64,000 nucleotides of DNA from Vicugna vicugna (GCA_013265495.1 MU059829.1:3844001-3908000), one strand, 5' to 3'; positions 1 through 12,378 are shown, counted from the first letter of the stretch. Translations and numbers: made by a program. Notes: generated by a model not told the origin, from the sequence alone.

Positions 1-1329
1 TCCGAGCCCCAGAAACTGACGTGATTCTGACCATAAACAAGAACCCGCCTCACTGGTCGCCGCGGGGATTAAACGGACGTGCGCAGGGCCTAGACCAGCA
101 CAAGCCCTGCTCCGCGCAACCACGCACCGTGAGACCCGGCCCCCGAGAACAAAGCCGTTCCCAGCCCAGAGCCCCCAGCAGCCGGGCCCCGGCCAGCATC
201 AGCACAACTCAGACGTGAGGGCAGGTGGAGGGCTCCCCACGATCTTGACTCAAGAGATGAGGAAAAGCTGACGGCCCAGGACACGAAGTTACTCATCTCA
301 AAAGACCAAAAAACAATGAGCATCAGACCATAAAAAGGCCCGACTTGTATCTGTTCATGAAACTGGTCGGTCATGGGAACGCCCAGGGCCACCCCCCGCT
401 GCCCCGGGTTTCGGAAGTCCAGTGAAACACTCATACTTTGAGGAGGGCGCCCCACTCTGCGGCCAGCTTCCCAGGGGCTGTGACCGAGGGTGGTGGCCAT
501 CACGAGTGTCCCCATGCCCTTGGCCGTGACAGTTCCAGGCTCTTTGGGGAAGACGAAGCCCAGGCACAGACATCACACGGACACATCCAGCAGGACAGCC
601 AGGTCGCAAAACTCTGCTAAACAGACCGGCTGATCCGCTCTGGTTTTCAGATCGTGGACCTTCGCTTCTAATTCCAGCACTTGGATATCCGCAGGGAGGG
701 GGCCTCGGGACCCACCAGACGGTCCTCTGTTGGTGATGTCACAACGCACCTGGAGTCACCACACTTTACAGCAGGGGGGCCGAAGGGCACTGCTGGCGTG
801 CTCAGGATGCGTGTGTGTCACACGCCACCGGAGGTGCAACAGGTCCTGTGGTCACCAGAATCGCAGACCTTGAAGAACTGGAAGGAAAAAGGCTGAGAGT
901 CAATCTGCATTCACGCAGGAGAGACTCCAAGTTACACGCTAGGCTTCCGGAAGGGCCTTCGGGAAGCAAGCTGGGAACATTCTGCAGCAGAAACGTGAGC
1001 CTCTGCTTGTGGCTCAGGTTCAGGAATTACTGCCTTAGCCAAACATTAAGATCACACACAGAATCACTGAGACCCTGGAAAGAGGCACTGGAATTGCATT
1101 ACTACCCGGAAAGCTCTAGCTCTGAGGCCCAATTCTGAGCAATATTTGGGTAAACTTAACTGTCTTAAAATAAGTCTGTTTTGTGCACCCACTGAAATCA
1201 AGTCCTGCCAGTGGGAAGCTGGAGTCAGAAATGAGAGACTCCCTGCATTGAACAGGTCCCACCCCTCGCCCAGTTCTCCAGTCTGGGAAAGTCCGGTTAA
1301 CGCTGATAAATAATTAGCAATTTCCAGTC

Positions 1330-1450
1330 CTTTGCTCATTTACTGGGCGGATATACACCAAACGCCTGTGGTGTACCAGGAAGTGCCCTGGGTCCCGGAA
1401 AGTGGCAGGAACCAGACTTGGCCCCACAGAACTCACGGTCTAGTGACCAA
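1330..1450 (-). mobile_element. L2 LINE 3' fragment
   Basis: ctcatttactgggcggatatacaccaaacgcctgtggtgtaccagg...cacagaactcacggtctagtg resembles the reverse complement of the recalled L2 3' end. Confidence 0.5.
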
Positions 1451-3639
1451 GGCAGATCTAGGCCACACTTATGTGAATTCCAGTGCAATTACAAACCACG
1501 GTGAGAGCCACAAGGATCTGAGGATGATGATGAACGGGCCTGGCTTCTCCTCGGGGGCCAGGTGAGTCTCCTCTGAGAGAAGTCAGCCAGACAGAGGCGG
1601 GCAGAACACAGAGCAAACGCCTGGCGGTGGAAACAGGCTTGACCAGTTCTGGAAACTGAAGAGGCCGGGGAGCAAGGGCCCCGTGGGTCTGCGGGCCGGG
1701 CCCATCCAAGGCTCCTGGGACTCTTAAGGACGACGCGGCCCCTCCGGTGGCTTCAAAGGCGTGGAGCCCAGGCGTCGGGGCAGGAATGGGACTCACCACC
1801 TGCTCAGGGGCACACAGCTCGTGGTGCCAGGCTGAGTTAGACTCCAGGTCCCAGGACCCCCACCCATCTCACCCACCACGGCACTACCTCAGCTCCAGAA
1901 ACCCGAAACGCACGAGAACACGTCCAAGATCCGACCATTTCCAAGGTTTCTGCAGATCCCGCGGCACCGCAGAAGGCGCAGTTTCCAGGCCAGGCTGGAG
2001 CCGAGCACGCGACACATCTGCCTTCGCCAGTGCCCCCGGGAGACGGCCACCCCCAGGACGGAGCAGATGCCGCCCGCCCCCAAGCCCCGCGTCCCACCGC
2101 TGCCGAGCTCCCTCCCAGTTCCCGGGGCCCCACAACAAGCACCCCAAGTTCACAGCCGGGCACGAGGCCCCGAGGCCACCACCAGCCGCACCCTGGGCCA
2201 AGGGGAGGCCCTGTGAGGTCAGCCGATCAAAAGTCTTCATGGAGACTGGGATGCTGACCGAGGGCCTGAAGTCGCCTACAGTTCATCTTTAAATTTCTCA
2301 CGGGAATTTCACCTCATTCGCGATATAAACTGGGCCTGTATCTTCCACCTCAATGTTTTCCCTCAAAGTATCAACCCTTTAATAAGGTCTCATCGATTTA
2401 ATAAATGGTAAGAACATTTGCGCTAAAAACCAATCACCGAGCGGTCTGTCTGACATAAGAGAAATGAAGGTAATCTTTCTTTATCTTTTGACTTCTGCAC
2501 GAAGGTGGTCACCTCCACGGCTAAAAGCGCTTCACCTGACTTCCTCCTTCCATCTCCCCTGCGGAGGGAGAGCAGGAGTCGGCCCAGGTGAGGGGCTCGT
2601 GCAGCGGGACGGGCTAGCACACAGCGGAGGGGAGGCCTCCGCGGAGCAGCGAGCGGCTCCACTGCCGGCCACGTGACGTCTCTGTCCCGTCCCATCCCGT
2701 GACACTGACCTACACTGGCCACACGTCCTCTTTGGCCAAAGGACCAGCGAGGGTGAGGCTTTTCCCCTCACCATGCCGTCCCCGCACTCAGGCCGCAGAA
2801 GCACCAGCCTTCGGGAGACGCAGGCCTCGAGTCAGGACGACATGCCCGAGTGGCTCTTCACCCTCCTCACTGGTTCACTCATCCCGGGACTGGACGGCGT
2901 GCAGCCTCACGTCCAGGCCCCGGAGACACCAGTGGACAGCACGTGGAGAGCCCGTTCCTGTTCTGGGGGGGACGCCCACTGCTGGGGCCAGCGCTGTGCT
3001 GTGAAGAGTCCTAGTAATTGGGCCACTCACCCCGCTGAGCACAGTGCGTGCCCGGCTCCACGCAGACCCCAAGACACGGCCCACAGGTCGGGCGCACCCC
3101 TGCCTTTCTGGGGCTTCTGGTCGGGGGGGGACGGCAGACGGCAGACTGTGACCAGTGACCGCCTGCAGGATGCAGATGGGAGGTGCACTCCAGAGGCGCC
3201 AGGTGGGAAGGCCTGCCCTGGAGGTGCTCCCCAGAGGAAGAGTGTGCCAGACAGACGGACAGAGGACGGTGGGGGGGGCAGGCCGAGGGCCGCACACAGG
3301 AGCTGCAGGAAGGGCAGTTCGGGCCCCAGCGGCGGCCGGATGGTGCAGGCGCACCCTCGGTCCAGACCCCCATGAGCTCTCCTCAGGGTGACGACGGCCC
3401 CCCCGGAGGTCACGTGTGCCAGTCCTCTCCATCCTAAGCGCCCACGACTATGCTGAGGTGAGGCTGCGCTGAAAATGGTAAGAACAGCTTCCTCTCTGAG
3501 GACCCCACCTCGGACTCCTGGTGCCAACACCTAAGAGGTCAGGGGACACCGGACACCAGGCTGGAGGGAGCACACGGGGAGGCCACAGAGTCAGAGGACG
3601 CCCGGTGGTCCGGCCCCACCGCTTGCGTGCTCCCAGCCA

Positions 3640-3796
3640 GTGGCAGAAGTGCGTCTCTGTTACCAGTGCACTCATGCCCTCATGAGGCTCCACCCTCGTG
3701 ACCTCAGCACCTCTCAGAGCCCCCCTCCGAATACCGTCACCTGGGACAGGGGCTCAGCATGTGAATTTGGGGGACACACACATTCAGTCTACAGCA
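3640..3796 (-). mobile_element. MaLR LTR fragment (MLT1A/MST-like)
   Basis: ...ctcatgaggctccaccctcgtgacctcagcacctctc...gtgaatttgggggacacacacattcagtctacagca matches the recalled MLT1/MST LTR terminus. Confidence 0.75.
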
Positions 3797-4379
3797 GCCA
3801 CTAAGTCTGTGGGGCTGATCACTGAACAATCATGCCAACTGGAGCAAGGGTCCTGTTACCCATGTTGTGGGCTGCACCCACGGCAGTGGGAAGTGATTGG
3901 CTGCACAACTTAGTAAGACCGGTGTCTTTAAATGACCACTCCGCCGACCGTAGGAGGAACTGTCAGAGGGATGAGCTGTGTGCAGCCGCCGGGAACCAGC
4001 GCAGTGGGAGCAGGAGGTGACAGTGCTCGGACACGACGGCAGAGCTCTGAGGCCCCTCGACCACAACACCCCAGAAAACAGCACTGATGGCCTCCGACGG
4101 CAGTGCAGCAGTCACCGACTCACAGGCACCACCTACACCACCCCTTCAACAAGTGTCCTCATGACTCAGCAGACCTCAGTGCTGTAAAAACAATCCACGT
4201 CCTGCTGCGAGTCTGAAAGCGTGAAGCTCCGTCGAGTTCATGGAGGAAACAGCACAATTAATTGGGGGTAAAGTCGCACATCTGTGACCACGGTCCAGGC
4301 GCACCTCCCGGCCCCCCTCCCACTCTCAGTTGCGCCCTGTTCCTCCGGGACCTCCTCCGTCGGGTCGTGCTCACCCTTC

Positions 4380-4625
4380 AGACCCCAGCTCAAAGCCCCT
4401 TGGTCAGAGGCTTCCTAGGGCTTATTCCTGTCCTTCCGAGAACTTGCCCGCTTGTTCTTACACTGGAAGTAACATGATTATACTTTCAATGACTCTCGCC
4501 TTATTAGGATCCAAGCTGCAAGGGACTAGGGTAGGCACCGTGTCTGTTTTAAATGCCACTGTATTCCCAGCACCCAGAACTTTGCCTGACCTGGGGTAGA
4601 CATTCAATGAATGTTTGTGAAAGAA
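4380..4625 (+). mobile_element. L2 LINE 3' end
   Basis: ...cactgtattcccagcacccagaactttgcctgacctggggtagacattcaatgaatgtttgtgaa resembles the L2 terminus. Confidence 0.55.
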
Positions 4626-7269
4626 AAATTAATTTTTAACCCATCGACTGTTGCATAAGGCGTGCAACGGCTTCACCTCCCAAGGCTCTGTTTAACACCC
4701 TTCCTAGCAGGAGCTGGGTTGTTGGCAGAAGGCGAACTCCTGGAAGTTCCTGCTTTATTTCAGAAGTCATTGCTCATTGTTAACTATCTTGCGAAGATGT
4801 GCCGGTGCCAACACTATAACGTTCACATAATTACAGCAATTCCAAGAGAGAAACTCAAACCAAGGCCACAGTGGAGACCTCAATCCCTTGAACTCCAGAA
4901 GGCAGATTCACCACGGGAAGATAGATGTGCAGCATGGCAGGGCTGGTGTCGGTCTGCACAGGGACGGCCACCGGGGCAGCTCCGAGGCCCCCCAGCAGCC
5001 GTCCTCCAGGGTCCGCCGCCTCGGATGGAGGGAGGCTGCGGGCATGACAGCTGCCTATGTAATTCCAGGCTCGGCAGAGCCATCCATACCGACAACTCAC
5101 CACTGGTACTCAGAAAGCAACTGAAGCATGACCCCGCATGGAGGCCCCACTGCACGGAGAGCCTCTGGTCTCAGGGCCAGGACGAAGTCGCTGGACGTGG
5201 ACCCTCGGCTAGAAAGAGGCCTCTGCTTTCCCATTGCCACACGGCTACTTGAATCAGAACAAGCGAAATGAAATCAAGCCATGGGGGCTGCCAAGAAAGA
5301 TGTTCCGAGATGGATGATGGCCTCACCGCATTTCCACATTCTTCTGTTCTCCCAGGGCTGGAGCCAGCAACAGGCAAGGTCCTCTGGGAGAAAGGAAGCC
5401 GCCCTAGCAACAGGGATGCCCAGACCCTAGGACGGCAAGATGCCCACGCAAGCCAGGCGCCCAGGCGGCTCCTCCCTGACCTAAGATGGACATTTACCTG
5501 CTTTCTCCCCTCCTCCCAAGCCTAAGACTGCCTTGAATCCTGTAAGCCAAGTCTTTGAAAGTGTTTCGTTCTGCGTTCTAATTACAGTATCACTGGTGGC
5601 CATGCAGTGACATGAAAAGCGGGACAGGCTTTATTTCATTAAAATTTTGCTTTGTTAGACCCAGAAGGGGAGCTGGAATGCCAATTTCCATACACGTGCA
5701 GACACCACACTTGTCCTGGGCAAGTCAGACAGAACAGGAGAGCGCCCTTCTGCATTTCAGGGTGGGGAGGATTCTAGCAGCAGGGCACCGCTAGCTCGGG
5801 AAAAATGCCCAAGGACAACATCGCATCCATTAAGGGATCCTAATTAGAGGCTGAGGAACTGCTGGTTGAAGAGAACCCGAGGGGGGCGGCCAGAGTACAG
5901 GCGGGGGCAGGGTGGCCTCGTTCCTCGGTCGAGGGGCTGCGCAGGGACTTAAAATTTGATTGTAAAGTGCTTTCAGTGGGTTGTGCAGAAATAAAGCTAT
6001 TGCACTGATCTGTTCTTTTCCTTTCCCTTAGAATAGATGTGGGGGTGGGTGGAGATAGAGAACGTAGTTTCGTAGGAACCTGAGAAGCGGTGGAATTTTT
6101 TAAAAACCTTTCTTATTTAACGTTACAGGGGCAGCCATGCGGGACTGGCGCGACCCCGCGGCCCCGCTCCCAGCCCCCCGCGGGAGGCTGGGGACCCCCC
6201 GCCCTGTGGGTGGCAGCGGGAGGCCTGCTGCTGTGGAAACCATTTAACCTCCCTCCAGGCACCTTCAGCCCGCGGTGCGGTGGGCTGGTTCCACGCAGTC
6301 TTTATTTAAACGCTACTCCTTTTAGTACTCCCGCCCCCGCGCCATCGTGATGTCAGGCACGTTCAAACCCAGGCGACAAGCACTGTGGCGGGCTGTCTGG
6401 TCGGTCAGTGGGGCGAAGCCTGGATGAAAAGAAAGCATTCGCTGAGCACCAGCCCACACCCACGACCGGGCAGTTCCGGGCAGCAGCGGGACCCTGGGGG
6501 AGGCGGGGGTCCTGGCGGGCGGCCGCAGGGCAGTCAGGGAGGGAGACGGAGGAGGAACGGCGAGGTGCCTCCGCACGAACTCCGGCACGTTCCTCCCCTC
6601 CCCCAGGCCCCAGGTCGGGGAGGGACCTCCCACCCGCTTCCTGCAGCCCCTCCAGATGGGCAGCGTTGCCCGGCTGTGACCGTCCGCGAGGCACGGCCCG
6701 GCAGCCCCTCGGAAAGGGGAACTGGCGGCCAAGCCAGCCGCTAACGTGGCCACGGCGCCAGGGCCGCCTCCCCAAGGAGCGCGCAGCCTGGGCAGCGGGG
6801 CGCCGGGCCTGGCTCCTCCCCGCCGGGCCTCGGGCCGCTCCGCCCCCGGCTGGCTCCGGCTGGGCTCGGTGCGCGGGGGCGCGATCGGCGGCGGGAACGG
6901 CAGCGGCCACGGCGCCCCCGGGGCTGTGTCCTCGGAGGCGGTCACCGCGGGCGCAGCGCGGGGACTGGCGGTCACCCGCTTCCGGCAGGATTGCCCTAGG
7001 GGAATCCCCGCGCCTCCGCCCCCGTTCCACGCGGCGCCCGGGGCGGGACGGAGGTCCGCCCACCCCACTCCCCACACCCCCACAGCGAGCAGGGCCACCC
7101 CCGGCCGCCTCCCCATCCTGGCCCCCACCCCGCCCTGGCGGCCACCCCTGGCCCGACCCGCCGCTGCCTTCCCCCTCGGGGCCCGCCCCTACCTCGCAGC
7201 TCTGCGCCTCGCCCTCCACCCTGGCGCCCATCCGAGCCCGGGACGCGGAGACCTCGCCGGGGTCTCCGA

Positions 7270-7281
7270 CGCGCATGCGCG
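7270..7281. promoter_or_regulatory. NRF1-type palindrome CGCGCATGCGCG
   Basis: Perfect 12-bp palindrome containing the GCGCATGCGC core, inside the CpG island. Confidence 0.55.
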
Positions 7282-7480
7282 GGTCTCTTCCCGCGCACCT
7301 GTGAGATCGCCTGGGGGCGGGGCGGCCGCCCTCCGCGCACCTGTGCATCATCCCGCGCGCCTCCGAGCGCCCCGCCGGCCCCGGCGCAGCCAAGCCGGCC
7401 CGGCGAGGGTCCCTTGCGGCCCCGGCCCAGGAAGCGCGCCCCCGGCCGGCCGTGGTGGCGGCGGCGGGCCCGGCACTCAC

Positions 7481-7690
7481 CGCGTCCGTGGAGGCCGCGC
7501 CAGACGCCCAGCGGCCCCGAGGCGAGGACGCGCGCAGGAGGGCGGCCGCAGCCCCCGGCCAGGCGCGCGTGCTCTCGGGCGCGCAGCTCCGGGTGGAGCG
7601 CGCCGGCGCGGCCCTGGGTCCCGGCCCGCCCGCCGCTCGCGTAACCCTTTCCCGGCGCAGGGAGGTCCCGCGGAAACCCGGCCGGAGGCG
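7481..7690 (-). other. KBTBD11: Probable non-coding first exon of KBTBD11 (5' end approximate; CDS not in window)
   Basis: Strong donor GCG|GTGAGT at 7,481/7,480 inside the CpG island, on the same strand as ARHGEF10; no BTB or Kelch coding sequence is visible in 1-7,480. Confidence 0.6.
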
Positions 7691-9016
7691 GGGGAGCGGC
7701 GCCCACTGGAGGCGTGTCCCTGTGCGCACGGGGAGGGGCGCGGGCTGTGGGCTGGACCCCGCGGCACTGAGTTTGAATCCAACCACTAGATACTGAGATA
7801 CTGAGTTTGAATCCAACCACTACCCCACCAAGAAGTGAGAAACAGGTTCCCGCTGGCGCGCTGGGGTCCCTGCCAGAAGCTAGCTCTTTTGTGTCCGAGC
7901 AAGTCCCCCATCCCCTTACAAAACCATGCAATAATGGGACTTAGTGTGTATGTTTTTGGAAAATTAGGGACGATGCATTGTTGAAATATTTAGTGGTTAA
8001 AAAACTGCCCACATCCTTACCGACTCCAGAATAAAAAAGGAAGACATTCAGAGTAGAAAAAACATTCAAGCAGAAGAAACGCTGAAACTTGTTCTTGTAT
8101 CTAGAAACGTGGACACACACACACACAGACACCCGGTCCGTGCAGCGGGGACGGGGCACAGGAGCAAAGGGCAACCAGGGACCCTCTGAACCTCGAGCCA
8201 GTCAAGAGCGAGCTCCACAACGACCTGCCGGATGGAACGCCCTTCCACCTCAACTGCCGTCTGTCCCTGCGCACCGCTGCTTCCCGCCGGGTCAGCGCTG
8301 GTTAAGACCGGGCCCCTGATGGTGAATGCTATTTTTAAAGGTTTTGTTTAAAATAATGATTAAATTTCCAAGGCACAGAGAACCTGAGCCTTTTAGGTTT
8401 TTTCTTTTTAAAAATGTTGCCTTCAACAGTCTCCGCCAGTTCAATGTTATGAGCCCTTGGGTGTTCAGTACCAGAGTTAATACCCTGTGAACATCCTGTG
8501 AAAAAATCTTCATTCAGTTGCTGTGCAGAATACATCAGGATTTGGGTTAAAGGAGGCAGAAACTGAGCAAACTATCGGGAAATAACTTCTTGAAATTCAG
8601 TTCACTCTAGCAGAAACAGAACTTCGGACGCTGAAATAATTCCCATCCTGCTCCAATTTTATTTTTACCCAATTCACTTCAGAAATTTCCAGACTCTCCT
8701 GGGATCTTTTCAGTGCATCCCTTTACCTTTTTACATGGAGACTACTTGTAACACCATGATTTAAAGATGTCTGGGGGAGGGGGGATTTAAGTGCATATTC
8801 CCAGCACCTCCCCACCCCATCTTTTCAAGAGACATGTCGGACTGACCCACAGCACCAGAGCTGCATCCTGTTTTGTGAATAAGCCTCCAGTGACCACCCA
8901 GCTTTCCCAGTCACAGGTGCCGTTGCCACTAAGGTCCTGGTCTGCTCTCTCCACTGCTCTGCCAGCTTCCAGAGATCCGGTAATAAGTCATATTTAACTT
9001 TCACCCTGCTGGATTT

Positions 9017-9086
9017 TACAAGTGCTTGGCATAGAGTAGGTTCTCAATAAATACTTACGGAAGAAGTGAAAAAATAAATGAATGAA
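9017..9086 (+). mobile_element. L2 LINE terminal fragment
   Basis: acaagtgcttggcatagagtaggttctcaataaatacttac...aaatgaatgaa is the typical L2 3' tail. Confidence 0.65.
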
Positions 9087-9519
9087 AACATCCATGCAAC
9101 CTCTCCACCATCTAGTACAGGAGAGTGGGGAACCTCATCTATTTTCAGACTTTAGATTTTTCTTTTAATGCACTCTGGACCCAATACAGTCAATGGAAAT
9201 TGCAGAGGAACATTACATGCTTTTAATGAGGAGTTCATTCGAATGCCAGGGACCTCTAGGTTTCCTGAAATTGAACCTTAAAAATGTCAAGCAGACAGAC
9301 AAGTTATCCTAAATATTTTAGGGAGAGCCTGATCGCGCATGGTAGGCTTGGAAGTGTGCAAATATTACTGCCGCATGAAACTGCCTGAAAAATGGAAGTG
9401 AAGCTGTGGGCTCGTCCTGGGAGTGACGGTTTACGGGCCCCTGAATGCAGGGTCCAGGGACTTGGGTTCCAGGCTCAGGGGACTCAGAACTGCACTCAGA
9501 AGCTGCATGGACCAGCAGA

Positions 9520-9650
9520 GAGAGCAGGGCTTTGGGACTCAGCAGATGGGGTTTCAAACATCAGTTCCACCACTGCAAGTCTTGTGAATTTTGGACACTT
9601 ACCCTCTCCGTGTTCACTGTCCACCTCTGTCACGTGGGGATATGACCGAC
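9520..9650 (+). mobile_element. MIR SINE fragment
   Basis: gggctttgggactcagcagatggggtttcaaacatcagttccaccactgcaagtcttgtgaattttggacacttaccctctccgtg resembles the MIR 5'/core region. Confidence 0.55.
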
Positions 9651-10964
9651 CCCCCGCCCCACGAGACAAGACATGCGCCTGGAGCCACAGCTCTTAGTCC
9701 TAGTAGGGGAGCACAACTCACACGTGCACTTGCAATTCTGTCCCTGCCTCTTCGGGTGATTTCCAGCGAGTATTTTCACCTCTCCAGCTCTGTGCTGCCC
9801 CGGATAGTTTGCATTGTATGCATCCAGTACTTAGACCCAGAAGAGGGGGTGGCTGGTAAGTCCCAGGTGCTCCTTCTGAGCCCTGTTAGGGCCCTGGATA
9901 TTGTTTTCCTACGTGTGCTAATACCAGGTAACAGATAATTTCCCCCAAGCTTTTAACAGCCCACAAGAGTTCATGCACTCCCCCAGCTTTCCAAAGGAAA
10001 AAAAAAAGCAATTAAATTCCAGTAGCCATCAGGAATTGGTCCAACTGCTACAAAGTACTCTGAGTCTCTTGGCATGAAAAATTAGAGTATCTGTGTGTCG
10101 GCGTGGAAACCACAGTCCCTGCGCATTTCAGTATTCTATCCATATTGTACGAAAGGAAAGCCATCTTCCCCACTGCTCCCCTGCACTCGCCGAGCCCCAG
10201 CCTGAGTATTTTCTGCAGGTCTCTCATGAACTCTGGGTGCATCTGCATTCTTTTGTAAGCTACTCCTTAAATATTGGAAGCTCTTTTCTTCGTGTCTGAG
10301 TTTTTCCAAGTGTCTTATAAGCCGGTGCCTGAGAACCTTGTGCTCAGACGAGAGGATGCTCCCAGGTTCACAGAACATTGACCACGATCAACAGTGCACC
10401 CAGGTGGACTGTGTCAGTGCAAACATCTCATGTTAGAGACAGTCCCGGCCTAAACTAATGCCTTAGCTGTCCTGACTAGACCACCACAGCAGAGAGCTGT
10501 CTTCTTAGCCTCACACTGGGACGGCCAGCCCTGTCAGGGGGAAGTCCTCCCCAGGAACTGCTGACTCAGTGAACAAGAGCTGCCCTACTGGGTGCACGCC
10601 TGTCCCTCACTGCCCCGCACTGCGGTCTGCCCCGGGCGGCGGGCGTCTGTGCGGGTACTTTTCCTCAGCGGACTGCAGACTATCAGGAGGCGGTAAATTC
10701 TCAGTGGGCAAGTGCTACCGTCACTAAATGGCCACTAAGTTTATTAGTATTGATCCCAGTAAATGTTCTTTTGGAAGAGAAATAAAAATTTAATAGTCAC
10801 TGTAAAATATTTTCATGGTATGCATTTATAGTATTAGCGCAAGGTATCTGCCATTAAGTATGACTTCACATAAATGTGTAGAGTGCACCTCTACGTCAGT
10901 GTAGGTAGAGTTCACAAAATAATGGGTGTGGACACACACGCAGGGCTCCCTGGAGGTGGGGGCT

Positions 10965-11080
10965 GCTTCCATTTTACAGCTGAGGGAATTTAACTCTCAA
11001 AGAGTGTGATGTAGCTCTTTCACTGTGTGTGAGATGGAGCAAGAATTCTAATCCCGGCCAACCTCAAAGCCTTTGTTTTC
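10965..11080 (-). mobile_element. MIR SINE fragment
   Basis: ccattttacagctgagggaatttaactctcaaagag...gaattctaatcccggccaacctcaaagcc resembles the reverse MIR core. Confidence 0.55.
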
Positions 11081-11507
11081 GTTTACAACGAAACACTATC
11101 CTTCCAAATGAATGACGAATGAATCCACGCTTCAGAGAGCAAATGAAGAAGGCTTATGAGCACAAAAACCACACTCCAGGGACAGGAACCCGTGTGTTAA
11201 AAATGAAATCGGTGTCCCAGGACATCTTGGAGCTTCTTTCACCGCCCTGACTTTCACCCCGATCCCCAAGATGTTCTGAGCTGTGAGTTAAAGATTAACG
11301 TTCAAGCTTACGCTGCCCTTGGGGGGAGGAGGTGCTGGTTATGCAACTTGAGAGGAATCTTGCCCCAAATGTCATTTTGCTCAAGATTCCTGCTTCAGCC
11401 GGTGAGCCTGGAGGAAGTTTCCAGACAGGAAAGTCACGATGCGCGCCTGTAACCCTAGTAGGAAGACGGAGCGGGACAGAAAATGCTCTGGTACAGCCTG
11501 CCAGCGT

Positions 11508-11609
11508 GGTCCTGGTGCCGGTGCCGGTGCTGGTCCAGATGCTGGTCCTGGTCCTGGTGCCGGTGCTGGTCCTGGTCCTGGTGCTGGTGCTGGCGCAGCT
11601 GCAGGAGCC
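11508..11609 (+). repeat. Degenerate hexamer repeat GGT(G/C)C(T/C), about 14 units plus a decaying tail
   Basis: ggtcct ggtgcc ggtgcc ggtgct ggtcca gatgct ggtcct ggtcct ggtgcc ggtgct ggtcct ggtcct ggtgct ggtgct ggcgca gctgca ggagcc. Confidence 0.9.
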
Positions 11610-11945
11610 CAGGACTCGGGCTGTTCCTGTCTTGCTGAAGGGGCAGGGGGTCCCCAGAACAGGGACAGATCTTGTTGTCGAATCAGTCTGTCTGAAACCA
11701 CACTGCTGTCATCACATAAGGAATATTAGTGGTGGCTTTGATGATGTGCAAGGTTAAACAGGACAAAAGTCCAAATCAACAGGTATCCACGGCATTACTG
11801 ACCTCACTGCTGATAATACAGTGACTGCAAAACAGGTTTTAATTTTTCAAGTCATCTTTGCATAGTAAAGGACTAATAAATCCTCAAAAGCATAAATAAG
11901 GACCCTTACCCAATAGTAAATTCTGCTTAACCCCAATTCAAAGGT

Positions 11946-12378
11946 TTTTACAGGTTGAACTATGTCCCCCAGAAAAGATATGCTGGCACCCAACCCCCAG
12001 GACCTCAGAGCGTGACTATTTGGAGACAGGGCCTTTATGAAGTAGCTAGGGTAAAATGAGGTCCTTGGGGTGGGTCCTGATTCATTATGACCAGCATTCT
12101 TATAGAAAGAGGAGATTCAGCCACAGATACAGCCACACACAGAGGAAAGCCACGTGAAGCGATCAGAGGGTGTGGTCATGGCCAAGGGAGATGCAAGGAT
12201 GCTGGCAAACACCAGTGGCCAGAAGAGGCAGGAAGGATCCTTCCCTGGACCTTCAGAGGGAGAGCAGCCCGTGCCCCGTCCCTCGCGGACTTGCGCCTCC
12301 AGACTGGGAGAGGATGCCTTCCTGTTGTCTCAAGCCCCTCGTTTGTGCTACTTGGTTACAGCCTGGGACACTGATCCA
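11946..12378 (+). mobile_element. MaLR solo LTR (MLT1C/MLT1B-like)
   Basis: Starts ...caggttgaactatgtcccccagaaaagatatg, ends ...gtttgtgctacttggttacagcctgggacactgatcca; flanks aaggt/gaggt look like a decayed 5-bp target-site duplication. Confidence 0.85.

Larger units (their letters stand above)
6140..7770. promoter_or_regulatory. KBTBD11: CpG island, probable KBTBD11 promoter
   Basis: Very high GC and CpG density; GC box GGGGCGGGGC (~7,314-7,323); NRF1-type palindrome (7,270-7,281). Lies ~11 kb 3' of ARHGEF10, matching the recalled ARHGEF10-KBTBD11 order. Gene identity rests on synteny only. Confidence 0.75.

Noticed and set aside
1-6100. Possible KBTBD11 coding exon
   Set aside because: No translation resembles BTB-BACK-Kelch sequence; the region looks like intron 1.
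6322-7931. Long overlapping ORFs on both strands (up to 487 aa)
   Set aside because: They lie in the CpG island, are Ala/Gly/Pro/Arg low-complexity, are open in most frames because stops are rare at this GC content, and show no BTB/Kelch or other domain.
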